Of a DNA stretch of 64,000 nt, positions 51,194 to 63,000 are shown piece after piece; the first letter of the stretch is position 1, and the number at the start of each line of letters is the position of its first letter. Position numbers and translations under genes: made by a program. Origin of the DNA: Selaginella moellendorffii (Eukaryota; Plantae; Lycopodiophyta); NCBI RefSeq assembly GCF_000143415.4, contig NW_003314263.1:3040041-3104040 (forward strand). Reading direction: 5' to 3'. The notes under the pieces were generated by a model. That model was not told where the DNA came from and searched no databases. It saw nothing but the letters and a program-made list of their open reading frames with translations.

Positions 51194-53293
51194 AAAATGC
51201 AAAATGAACATCTAAGGTTTAATCACAAAGACCATATCTTCAGATATCCATATTGCACTAACACTTTTCTTCAATTATCTTCAAAATCCAATGTGAAGCA
51301 AAACACTAATAAGGAAAATGATATAAAAAATCAAGGGTTAAGGAAAATTCTTCATCACTTGAAAGTATAATGCCACTTTTACTAACACAAATGCTAGTGA
51401 TGTCAATGCCTCAACTAGAACCTTCTTCATCCAACAATGTACTCTAGATGCTAACAGATCAACCGATGAACTATAGCAAATGAATGCTATAACCCTTTTC
51501 CAACACCTTATGGGCAAACCCTTAATGAAGGTACCAACTTAAGTTTGGTATAATGGATCACCATTGAGAATTCAATTGTAAGCAACCAAAGGGAATGACT
51601 CGAGAGACGATTTATAGGGGTTCAAATATAAAGGGAAAGGGCCCATGAACAAGAGTGCACTCCTTTTTTCTAATCGGTTAAGGGTTTTGAGATACTTAAG
51701 GTTAAGCGTCCTTGGGTTTGAATAGTATTGGGTTGGGTGACCTCCCAGGAAGTTCAAGCTACTCAAAGAGCAATAGCAAGGTTCCCCCAAAAACAATTAA
51801 GCATTGTAACCCAAGTCTTCTAATAGTGAGCCTAGATAAAATGATATAGCGTTTCATTGCTATCCATCCCACAACTCACCACTTGTAAGACCACCATTTC
51901 CAATATCCATCAAGGTAAGGACTCTTAATTACATGACATGAGTATAAGCAATGAGTAAACACTTTATTGCAAATCATCACTCCAAGAGGAGAAAATGATT
52001 TACATGTTTGATCTTTTGTCCTTGATAAGTTTCTTTTTAGTCTTAACCCTAACTAAACCTCAAGTTTGCTTTTGCACTACCTTCAGTCCAATCCAAGAAA
52101 CGTTTATGAGAGAGCACGGCAATGATTACTTGAATCAATAGACTAATCTCTATAATCTTGATTGGTTCATTTATAATTATGCCTAAGAAGGATCTACTAG
52201 TGCCATGCTAAATAGCTACAAACTAGCCTATTTTGCCACTTATAGCAAACCTAGAGAAGGTTTATTTTCAACTCACAGTACATGGAACAACTTATAGAAC
52301 TAACATTAATCCTGCCAACTCAAAGTGTAATATTGAGTTGTTTAATATGCCTCACTCACGAGCCCAAGCACAAATTTGTGCAAAATGTGCCTCACTCACA
52401 AGCCCAAGCACAAACTCGTGCCAATAGAACATCTTAGTCCTTCCTAAAAACCTAAGAGCAAACTCACAATATACAGTACAAAAAAGTAACTAAAATCCAT
52501 ACTTAAGGAACGAATGCAAAGCCTTTGCACCCAAATATGTACCCACTTGGATCATCATTTTCATCTCTGCATATGCAATGAGACTAGTTGCCCAATCTCA
52601 TTGGATAGTACTCATTAAGACATATTTTCTAATACCAAATGTAACACATGTGGTTTTTACCTGTTATTCTATGATGATTTACCATAGGATAACCACAAAA
52701 CGGAACCTAACCCTCCATGTGCCACATATCACATGCCACATGCTATATGTCCAAAGGACAGTGGTGCAGAACCCAAGTTTTAAGGCTTGAGGCTACTAAA
52801 CGAAGGAATAGTGCCAAACTCCCAAGCATGGAGCCAAGGAGCAATGGCACTAGAGCATGGAATGACTCTCGAGTGTATAGCCCAATGAGCGAAGGGACAG
52901 GAGTGTGGAACAACTTGGAACAACCCTAAAACATCCAACATCCTAATGCCAGGACCAGTATGCAAAACAGAGCCAAATGGAGTCTAAAGTTATTTCAACA
53001 TACCGGTGGCCTAATAAAAGGACATAAGTACTCTGCCTAGAACTTGGGTTTAGATCCAAACCAAACACAAAACAAAGACAAGCACGCAAGCAAAAGCTAA
53101 ACTATACCTCAAGTTAATCAACCATGCCTGACCTACCCACTATCCCTATTATATATTTGGAACCCCCTATATCCTATCCTCTCCCCCTAAGGAACACATG
53201 CTTTCACCCCAAGTTTCCTTTAGTATCAGGAGTTAATCTTTAAGACAAGTTTGAAACTTACTAAATATTTGGACATGGGACACATAATGGTAT
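51194..53293 (-). mobile_element. Older family A fragment: 5' internal region plus partial 5' LTR (from 52640)
   Basis: Colinear with ~31320-33620, with many C-to-T/G-to-A changes. Confidence 0.85.
51577..51755 (+). mobile_element. Truncated Cassandra-like LTR with a 5S rRNA internal-promoter segment (51701-51755)
   Basis: GTTAAGCGTCCTTGGGTTTGAATAGTATTGGGTTGGGTGACCTCCCAGGAAGTTC resembles plant 5S GTTAAGCGTGCTTGGGCGAGAGTAGTACTAGGATGGGTGACCTCCTGGGAAGTCC; starts with TG and lacks 5S termini. Confidence 0.75.
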
Positions 53294-53559
53294 TTGTCCT
53301 AGAGTGGCTTTCTTCCCATGAGCTTGCCCTCCCGAATTCAAAAGCAGCTTAATCCAATCACACAACAAAACAAAATCCAATCACACAAAATCTTCGGCAT
53401 GCAAGCCACCTGTTCCACTGCGTCCAATTGCAAGAGCTGGTACTCGTCTCTCCTAACAGTAGAGAGTTTCTTGTGATTAAAAATGAAAAAGCGTGATCTC
53501 GTGCAGTGCTTATCAGCCACACACTGCTGGAAGACGAAATTTGCAATTGCCTCACAAGT

Positions 53560-53905
53560 CATGGTGGAGCTTGACTGAGATCTCAATCTTCAGTACTCTT
53601 ATGATGGAGCGAGCATCACTTACGGACCCAGCAATGCCGATTTGTAGTTGTGGCTCGTCTGTCTTTCTTTTCTAGATATAGTTGGCCAATTTGATCTGGT
53701 AAAATCTTCGTTATGAGACAGTCAAAAAATTCCACGTGCTTGCCAGCAACCACAATCCCAATGGTACCACAGAGTTTCCCAATTTGGAGGTCAAGAGCAT
53801 CCTGGATCACGCTTCTGTAGCACCGGATTATGTTGTTGACTGCAACCATGTCGATGCAAAGCCCAAGCTTCTCTCTTTCATTGCATCAAAGACTTGAACT
53901 GGGCA
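53560..53905 (-). pseudogene. Possible degenerate PPR gene fragment
   Basis: Only short PPR-like words (VQVFDAMKERS, GSVSDARSII), interrupted by stops. Confidence 0.3.
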
Positions 53906-54430
53906 AAAAAAATAGAAACTTGTCATCATTTTATTGTAAGAAGAACGACTTTAGCTTACCAGTAGTGGATTGATTTGAGGGCTTACTACTGCTAGAACTA
54001 GTTGCAGTGGCTGTGAATTCGGGGGCGAGATAGTGGAAGCTCAGCTTGTTCCTGCAAAAGGAACTTCATACGTAAGTTAGAAGGCATCTTATTTGCTGGA
54101 GCTGCTGGAGCTCGATCCGGATTCTCAGCTGGTGGATGAGAACCAAGTTCACCAGTACGACGATCATGCCAACAGCAGCGCTGGAAAATCCACTTCTCAT
54201 GCATCGACACTATCGTGAGAGAGGTGAAGCTGTAATAATCCAGCAGCCGATCCAAGAAAATCCCGGCCCTGGCGATCCAGATATTTCTCCCTTGCAATGG
54301 ATTCTGCCACGAATGATCATGGCCAGCTTGGGCGATGGAGACTAGGGGGGAAGAAAGACAATGCCTAGATAGAGATCTTACATGCAACATGAAGAGATTC
54401 GAAGAATATACCAGAGATACTTGTAGGCTA

Positions 54431-54527
54431 GGTGACATCCATAGGGACTTGCTCAAGATGTTCAACATTGGAGGCTTTCCTCCCAGATCAAACTATCTCT
54501 TCCTGGGTGATTACGTCAATCGGGGCA
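54431..54527 (+). pseudogene. Fragment of a PP1-type Ser/Thr protein phosphatase
   Basis: [32 protein letters not shown]; the GQY of GDIHGQY is missing, DRG is changed to NRG, and the rest of the gene is absent. Confidence 0.75.
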
Positions 54528-55049
54528 TCAGTGGTACAATGCAAATGTCTCAATTCCAGGCTGAAATCTCTCTATAAAATTCAAAGTGAGTTTTCTTTTT
54601 TCACTTGCATTTATTTTTCATACTAGGTATTGCCAAGGGGATACATATGGTCAGTGTTCAGCTTTCCAGGTATTTCTGGTTCTTTTATCTTGGCGTAAAT
54701 GCTGCAATTTTTAATCTTTCTTAAACACTTATTGTAAAACTTATAATTGACAAATGATGTTATAAAATTCATGGCTTACATCTCAAGTGTTAAAACTAAA
54801 TCTTTTTATATTAAATGATCTTTAAATCTACAAGTATATTTAATTCATTTAGATTTATAATCATTTACTGAATCTAATTCATTTCTTAGTAGTTTGTTAA
54901 TTAACTTATTTTATCTAATAAAAAGGTATATTTATGAATTTTATAAAATAAATAAGTAGTCAAATCAAATATAAACAGATATATAATTGATAAAGACCCA
55001 AAATACCACATCATAAAATTTATTTCTAAATAAATTTATTTATCTATTC

Positions 55050-56800
55050 ATATGCCACTTGTCACATGCCATGTGTCCATAAGATAGTGGTGTGGAACCC
55101 AAGGTTCAAGGCTTTAAGCCACTGAATGAAGGAACGGTGCCAAGCTCCCAAGCATGAAGCTATGAAGCAAAAGAACCAAACCATGGAGCAACTCTAGAGT
55201 GTATAGCTAAGGAGNNNNNNNNNNNNNNNNNNNNNNNNNNNNNNNNNNNNNNNNNNNNNNNNNNNNNNNNNNNNNNNNNNNNNNNNNNNNNNNNNNNNNN
55301 NNNNNNNNNNNNNNCACCATACTAACTAGTGGAGTACCCATGTCCTCGTGTTAGGCCACCGGTATGCTGGGCTTCGTTTTGCATGCTGGTCCTAGCATTG
55401 GGATGTTGGATACTCTAGGACTGTTCCAAGTCACTCCGTGCCTCTGTCCCTTTGCTCCTTAAGCTATACACTCTAGAGTTGCTCCATGGTTTGGTTCTTT
55501 TGTTTCATAGCTTCATGCTTGGGAGCTTGGCACCGTTCCTTCATTCAGTGGCTTAAAGCCTTGAACCTTGGGTTCCACACCACTATCTTATGGACACATG
55601 GCATGTGACAAGTGGCATATGACACATGGCACATAAAGGGTTTAGGTTCCGCTTCGTGGTCTTATCCTATGGTAAATCACCATAGGATAAAGGGTAAAAA
55701 CCACGTGTGCTACACTCACCTAAGAATGCATAGTTTAGTTCACTTAATAACTTTTTAGTAGTGTTCTTTACTTTTTATTGTCTCAAAAAACTTCATTGCA
55801 TGGCATATATTTGAAGGGTAGAGTGTGACTTTCAAATAAAAGATAGTTTTCAATCTACCTTTTATATGAAAGAGGTTAATTTTTTTTCCATTGATAAGAA
55901 GAGCTAAAAATTATATTAAAAGGTTAATTACATGGATGTCTTTCTTTTTTCACATTCCAAATTTAGAATGTTTTACACCAATCCACCATTATTTTAATTA
56001 AGAGTATTCATGGATATCATTATCAACACTTCTAACATTTATAAAGTAAATCCACTTCTGTCATGAATATGATTGCGGGTATCAAAAGTTACCTGTCGGT
56101 GAGTCCTTTTAAATATTCTTTCCTTACTGCAAGAAGTTGATATTGCTAGACCCTTTTTTTAGTCCCTCTTATTCAAGTGTTAGTAAACTTAACTTAGCAT
56201 ATGTACTTAGCCAGCAAGCATAAGGAAAGAACTCTTTAGTATGTATTTAATCAAGCATACTTGGCCCAGTTTGTTAGTTCTCTTTTGCTCTATCATGCAC
56301 TAGTTTGACAAAAACCCATATAATATTAAGTTTGGTCCCTTAATATTTGCAGATGATAACTTACCGTGTTTACTAAACACCTTCACTATCATGCACCTTG
56401 TGTTAATTCCATTTAGTCTTAATTGTTATTTATGAAAAGTGTCTAGATTTGTTAATTTGGCATATTTATAGAATGTAGAGATTATCTTGAATACAATGGT
56501 GTTGATCCCGTATCCAAATTCACAATCTAGTGTTATTCTATATTTAGTAAGTTTTAAATTAGTCCCAGAAACTAACTTTTGGTACTAAGGGTGACTAAGA
56601 GTGAAAATCCAAAGCATGCATTCCTCAAGGGGGGGGGGGGGGGGGATATAGGGTCTCCATGTATAGTAGGGATAGTGGGTAAATTAGGCCTGACTAACCC
56701 ATTAGTATAGTTTATCTTTTTTTTGGATGTCTATCCTTGCTCTATGGTCAGCTTGGGCTTACCCCCAAGGTCCCCATCATGCTAGCGGGGGGAAAAACCA
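55050..56800. mobile_element. Family A LTR fragments around an assembly gap (55050-55214 minus; 55315-55713 and 56059-~56800 plus)
   Basis: Homology to the family A LTR; N runs at 55215-55314 and 56894-57395. Confidence 0.75.
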
Positions 56801-57399
56801 TGGCCCTCCCTTAGGACTAACATGGAAAACAAAGTTAAATTGAGGCCCAGGGTTATTTCGGCATACCAAAAAGCCGGCTTGAAAAATTAAAAGNNNNNNN
56901 NNNNNNNNNNNNNNNNNNNNNNNNNNNNNNNNNNNNNNNNNNNNNNNNNNNNNNNNNNNNNNNNNNNNNNNNNNNNNNNNNNNNNNNNNNNNNNNNNNNN
57001 NNNNNNNNNNNNNNNNNNNNNNNNNNNNNNNNNNNNNNNNNNNNNNNNNNNNNNNNNNNNNNNNNNNNNNNNNNNNNNNNNNNNNNNNNNNNNNNNNNNN
57101 NNNNNNNNNNNNNNNNNNNNNNNNNNNNNNNNNNNNNNNNNNNNNNNNNNNNNNNNNNNNNNNNNNNNNNNNNNNNNNNNNNNNNNNNNNNNNNNNNNNN
57201 NNNNNNNNNNNNNNNNNNNNNNNNNNNNNNNNNNNNNNNNNNNNNNNNNNNNNNNNNNNNNNNNNNNNNNNNNNNNNNNNNNNNNNNNNNNNNNNNNNNN
57301 NNNNNNNNNNNNNNNNNNNNNNNNNNNNNNNNNNNNNNNNNNNNNNNNNNNNNNNNNNNNNNNNNNNNNNNNNNNNNNNNNNNNNNNNNNNNNNNCTGG

Positions 57400-59030
57400 T
57401 CGTTGCTACAACTTCTAACCTCATTCTTTATGTTATTGTGTCTAAAAAATCATTTTTCGCAACAATATTAGTTGGAATTGTCATCAAAGTTGTTATAGCC
57501 TCATAAGGTTGGAGAATACAAAAGTTAAAACTAAACTTGAACAAAATATTTTTCTTATTTAGAAATATAGTTTACCAAAGCTCCTCATCTCTATAATCAC
57601 GCCAAACATCATCCATAATTTTTCTTTCAGTTGGTTTTAGCATCCTAGTAAAATCATCTATCTCTTGCATAGCTTTCATATCAATAATACTTTAGTTATA
57701 GTTGATCTTGTTGAGAAGTTTATTTGAAATTGAGTTTGCTTTCTACTTTATGTTAAATCATCCAAACTTAAACAAGGATAAATTTTTTTTAAACTGCTGA
57801 AGAATGAGATATCTTCAAAATGTCAATTAAAACTATTAACCACTTTTTGAATGTACTACACTTTAGTAGCATTTAAGTGATCCTCCTCATAGATTCAAGT
57901 CTAAAACTCTAGCTTTACGAGGGATCTCTTTATAACTTAAAACATGAAAAATAATCTATCCATTTACCTGGTACTCTAGCTTTCTAGATTTAGCAGCAGA
58001 TAAAAAACCAAATAATAAAGTTGAATCTATCTAGCAATTTGCCAAATATCTCTTTGAAAATTTTTGGATTGTTAAATCTAGGAGCATCATATTCTCCACC
58101 ATTGGTCTCAAGAATGAGGCTGTAAATCTTACCATTGCCACAAACATATAAAACTATGTCAACTAGGAAGTGAATAAAAATTGTACCTATAATGAACACA
58201 TAAATCAATTATAAAAAAAAAATGGTTATAATAGAAAATGGTTACAAGCATACATGAAAAATTCTCAAGATGTCATACCACTTGGGTAATATAGATTGCT
58301 AGAGATGGAGAATTACTAGTATAACTTCTACAAATCGTTTCATAACTTGCCTTTGTGATAGCCATGGCATTGCGTGAATTTGTAACAAAAGTAATAGTTC
58401 ATTGAAGTGTTGATGGTGATTTACACTCTTTCTTAGCCAAAAATATACTTTATTTGGGATAGAGTCTATAAATTTGAAAAACTCTTTATCCAATTTGAAA
58501 TTTATCCTTGGGTGCTAATGCTTCTCTATATGTTATACAATACACACCAACTAATCCTAAAACATTGTTTCTGAAACACTAAACAAATCTTATAATAGAC
58601 CCTAGCATAGTGTTACATCTATTTGTTGCTAAAGGTATAAGTTTGTGAAAGTTCAAATTTAAGCTCTCTACTTTGAATTAGGCCATTATAGACTGATTCA
58701 GTTGTATGATCTTGAAGAGGTAGCAATCAAATGAACCTTGTAGTTAGAACCATTTCTTTTGTCTCTAAGATAGCTTGCATAAAGAATTAGGTGTCGTTCA
58801 AATTGATTATCTATACTCTTGTTTAACATCAAGCTAAAAAATGGACTTCTTTGCAACTTTAAAAAATAACAACATCCCGATTGCTAAAACCATTTCCTTC
58901 CTTGAGATTGGATTCATGTAAGAACTATATTCACCACCATTTCTTCTATTAATGTTTTACAATTTAAATACATAGTTTTTAACACCAAAAAGCTCAACTC
59001 TCATAAAGCTTCTTAAATTTATGTATTGAC
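57400..59030 (-). mobile_element. Highly decayed hAT-type transposase
   Basis: Remnant motifs GVYCITYREAL (CxxH region) and MPWLSQRQVMKRF (RWLS region); many stops. Confidence 0.6.
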
Positions 59031-59089
59031 ATGTTTAGAGTAGTATAAATATGACTCACTTTCATAACTTCTATAATCCTCCTTTCCTC

Positions 59090-60001
59090 TGTCAGGAATC
59101 CCCCAATTCTTCCCACATTCTTAATTCTTGCCAGACTCCTGACCTGTAGACCACATTCCTGACTCACGAGACACTTCCCTATTCTTGACTCTCTTTCCCC
59201 ATACGATTTCTAAGTCTCAAGCCACATTCCTGATGATGATGTGGCACCTCCTTGACCTCAACTATATTTAGGCCGTCCTTGATCCAAGAGTGGTGGAGCT
59301 TCATCAACCTATAGTATATATAGGTTAGCCTTGTTCCATTTCTCCACAATTTGAATCAACGCCAATCTAAGGCCTTTTCTTCCTTTCCACTAGTTTTTCT
59401 CTTTGTCTTCTGCATTTTCCAGTCTTGATCTTGTTAGGGGTCTTGATAGTTTGATTCAGATTGTGTTTTTTTCGTTTTTTGCTTTAGCTCGTTTTTATTG
59501 TTTGACTGCCTTTTCTTTTTTCCCCCTTTTTCTTTCTTCTTTGCCGATGGAGTCTCCAAGCCATCCTGATTTCTTTACCGAAGTCCTTGCAAAAATCCAG
59601 TTTGAGAATACCGAGCTGAAGGCGACCCTTCTTCGCATGCAGTAGGAGCTTGCTTCACTTTCGGCTCAAGGATCCAGCAAAGTTCCTGAACCAAAGGTGA
59701 GTTTCCCGGCGAAATTTTCAGACAAGCATTCGGAGCTTTGCGGATTCCTGAACCAGATGGAGTTGATCTTCGCACTTCAACATCGGTGGTACCCCACTCT
59801 CGAGTCTTAAATCGGCGCAATTGGGACATTACTTGAAGGTGCAGCTTTGTCATGGTTTTCTCCTCTTCTGGAGAAGAGCATGAAAGGAGTCGCAGTTCCG
59901 AAGCCGATGGATCTTCAATTGTTCAAAGAGAAGCTCGTAGTATGTTTTGGTGAGACGGATTGGGTTCAGGCTGCCACCACAAAGATGAGACATCTCTCTT
60001 A
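59090..60001 (+). mobile_element. Ty3/gypsy (Tf1/Tcn1-like) element: 5' LTR 59090-59448, self-priming PBS, gag from 59547, interrupted by the DNA transposon at 60002
   Basis: TGTCAGGA...TCTTGATA termini; gag EPKVSFPAKF...GFLNQMELIF...LLEGAALSWFSPLLE, with stops. Confidence 0.8.
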
Positions 60002-63000
60002 AAGCTCTATTTCGTTAAAGTGGGATTTATTCAGTAAAATGGGACTAGGTACAAATTTTCAAGTATTTGAAAATGACGTGAAATTATATGTTTTTTGTCC
60101 AGGGGCTAGACATATCTGGGGCATGGTGACTAGCGCGGTGACTTTGTGTCCAGACTGAGTCCATCTGGTTGTATAATAAATCTCATTGTCAAGGTGAACA
60201 AGCCGAATCTAAAGCTAAAGAAGAGCGATAGCATGCGCGCACACACTATTTGTTTGTTCATTGAGCGTATGGTGAGCTTTCCAAGATGAACGTCATTCCT
60301 ATTAGCCAGACATATAACTTAATGGTGAGAACATTTAGATATTATTCAATGTTATCTTTTTCTAACGAATCTAATTGTGAAGGTGTAGCAAGAGGCATTG
60401 CTAGTCTGGAGAAGTCATTTAACTCATTTGACCTTTAGTGTATTTTCATGAAACTAAATAACATTCATATTATTAAGGAATTTCTCTAGTACCTTTTTTT
60501 TATGACATAGAGGCTTGCATTTCTTTCAAAGGTGATTTAGTAAAAGGCCTGAGGGCACATGCCATTCTATTTCTCAGACTGGTATTAAGATATACTAGTG
60601 CAAAGGGAAAAAGGTATTTGGTGATCAAGTAAATGGCATGAGGGCACACGCCATTATAAGCCTAAGCGCTAGTGGACACCTCCTTTTTGGTGTCACGCCT
60701 CACGCCATCACGCCATGCCATCACGCCTCCTCTGATTCAGATTCGGATTGTTCACCTTGAAATAAAATACATTAGAAACTTAGTAAAGGAATATTAATGA
60801 ATCTCACCTTGAACCCGGGTTATGAATGCTCTTGCTGCATCTCTTGCATGGTCTGGCAAGGTGATGGTGGCACTCTGCTTCCGCATCCAACCATGCACAA
60901 CATTATCCACCGATATGCTCATGCTGGGATCCCTTGGATTCAGCACCCATCTCTTTTCTAGGCAATCCTTCGTATATCCGGAACTTGGCTTGAACCACTC
61001 CACAGTTACATTGAAGGAGTTAGTTTCTGCATCCTCCTCTGCATCAGTGATGCAGCGCCCCACCCATATCATTTGTTTTTTATTACTGGGTCTGACAAGC
61101 ATGACCATTCCTTTGCAGACCTGTACTGGATTGAATGCTGAATCCGGCTTCATGTTCCTCAGCCCACAATAGTGATCCTCAACATCGTTATCTGTCACTA
61201 CATTTCCAGAGGACATTGTTCCGCTACTATCTGGTGCTCTGGATTCTGGCCAAAAGGACTCTTCCAATTCTTTATATACAACCAGCCCATTTTGGATAGC
61301 AGATATAATCTTCTCCCAGTATTCGAGCAAAGGCTTGCACCTCTTAAAATAGGATTCTCCACCAAACACCAACCCCCTCTTCCAAAATGCAATATGCTGT
61401 CTAATCCCAGCCACTATACTTTCCTGGTCTTTGAGTCCATCCGGGTGCATCGGCCGTGGGGAACCCTGAGGAATCATAGGTTCCCCAGTTATGGGATCTC
61501 TCTTAAAGAGTTCAATGCCGTCCACTGGCAGCCACACTGTGTCCCATTCTCTCATCTTGTACCTCATCATTGGAGCACCGTCACGCATGCTGAAATGAAA
61601 CTAAAGAGGCTTGGAGTGGCCAATTAGCATTTCGGATCCGTCCCTGATGTAGCCTCTTACAAACCCCTTAAAGTCTGGAACCTCTGTCACAAGTGCAACT
61701 TCAACAGTGCCTTTGATGTAATTTTGGAATTCATCTTAGAGTTGTGGGAGGGTGAGGACATTGGATCGCCGGAGGGACTCTGCCAGGTGACTGAACATGG
61801 CATCGATGTCTTCATGAGTGTGCCCAACCATGAGAAAGCCAAGTGTAACCGTTTCAAATATGCCTTTGGCAACAAGCATCGCCAAGTACGCGAAGACGTA
61901 CATGTTTTTGTTCTCACTGCCAGCATTGTCTGTTTGGAGCAGAAGATGGGGTGGAAGGCCACATCGGCCGCAAGAACTTCCTTGAGATTCTGCTTCGTTT
62001 GGATGAGGCTGTGCATTCACTGGGCGACCAGCCTCATCGGAATGGCATGAGGCCTCACGTGATAACCCTACAATCTGACGGCCAACATATTCACTGGGAT
62101 GGCATGGGGCCCCACGCGATACTGCAAGCCTTTGCTCCTCCTCCAGCTGAACCTTGTATGGGGTTCGATCGACAAGGGCCTTATGCAAGGGTTGGCCATT
62201 CAGCTCAGTCTACACACTTTGCAGAGACCTTAAGTGTTTTGCTAGGGACGCAATCATCATGTTTGCACCCCCGCCACCCCATAGAGGTACAAAGAAGTTC
62301 CCATAGTTCTGGGCACCATGCCCATGAGCGATTATGCCAAACAGAGACACAGGCAGCTGCATGGATGAAGAGATTGCCTTGGGGGCAGGATTGAGTCGAG
62401 GTAAGCACATCTTTTTCTGGTCCATTTTGTCGTGGATGATGCAGAGGTAAGAGTCAGGTCTCTTCATGGAGAGAATCCTGTTATGATAATATGCAGTCCT
62501 GTAGCTTCTCTGCTCGATGTTGTGGTCAAGCCGCCTTCTAACCAACGTCTCTTGCTCTTGAGCGCTGCAAGAATTCTTCGACAAAGCCATTTTGATAGCA
62601 GTGCACTCGTCACACTTTGAAAAGCTGGAGTACTTTCCTATACTCACATCCCTGAACCTGTTGCTCCACAATCTACTAAATCTAGATTGACTCAGCTTCC
62701 TGTAGCCATTACTCTGGAGTTCCCGATTCACATCTTCCAATATGGCCCCCTTGGTATACATGGAAGGGAGAACTCGTTGGGTGTCTTGTGTTCCATCTTC
62801 CAAGAGGCGGGTTTTATGTGGTTGCTGCTCGCTACATGTCTCGACAAACCTCTTGAAGATTGCCTCTCCATATACAACATGACCCTTGGTTTTGTGAGTA
62901 CCGTCGTTCCCATGGACTGCCTGTTGAACCCTTTGTTCCTCGAACTAAGTTTTGATTCTATAGATTGTGCTTCGAGGGACTCCATAAATGATTCTCCATG

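Noticed and set aside
51701-51755. 5S rRNA gene
   Set aside because: Only the internal ~55 nt match, the 5S ends are missing and it is embedded in an LTR-like repeat.
55050-55625. Near-perfect inverted repeat flanking the 100-N gap
   Set aside because: It abuts an assembly gap and lies in a high-copy LTR; likely a contig orientation or overlap artefact.
56777-57424. 215-aa ORF
   Set aside because: It consists almost entirely of Ns.
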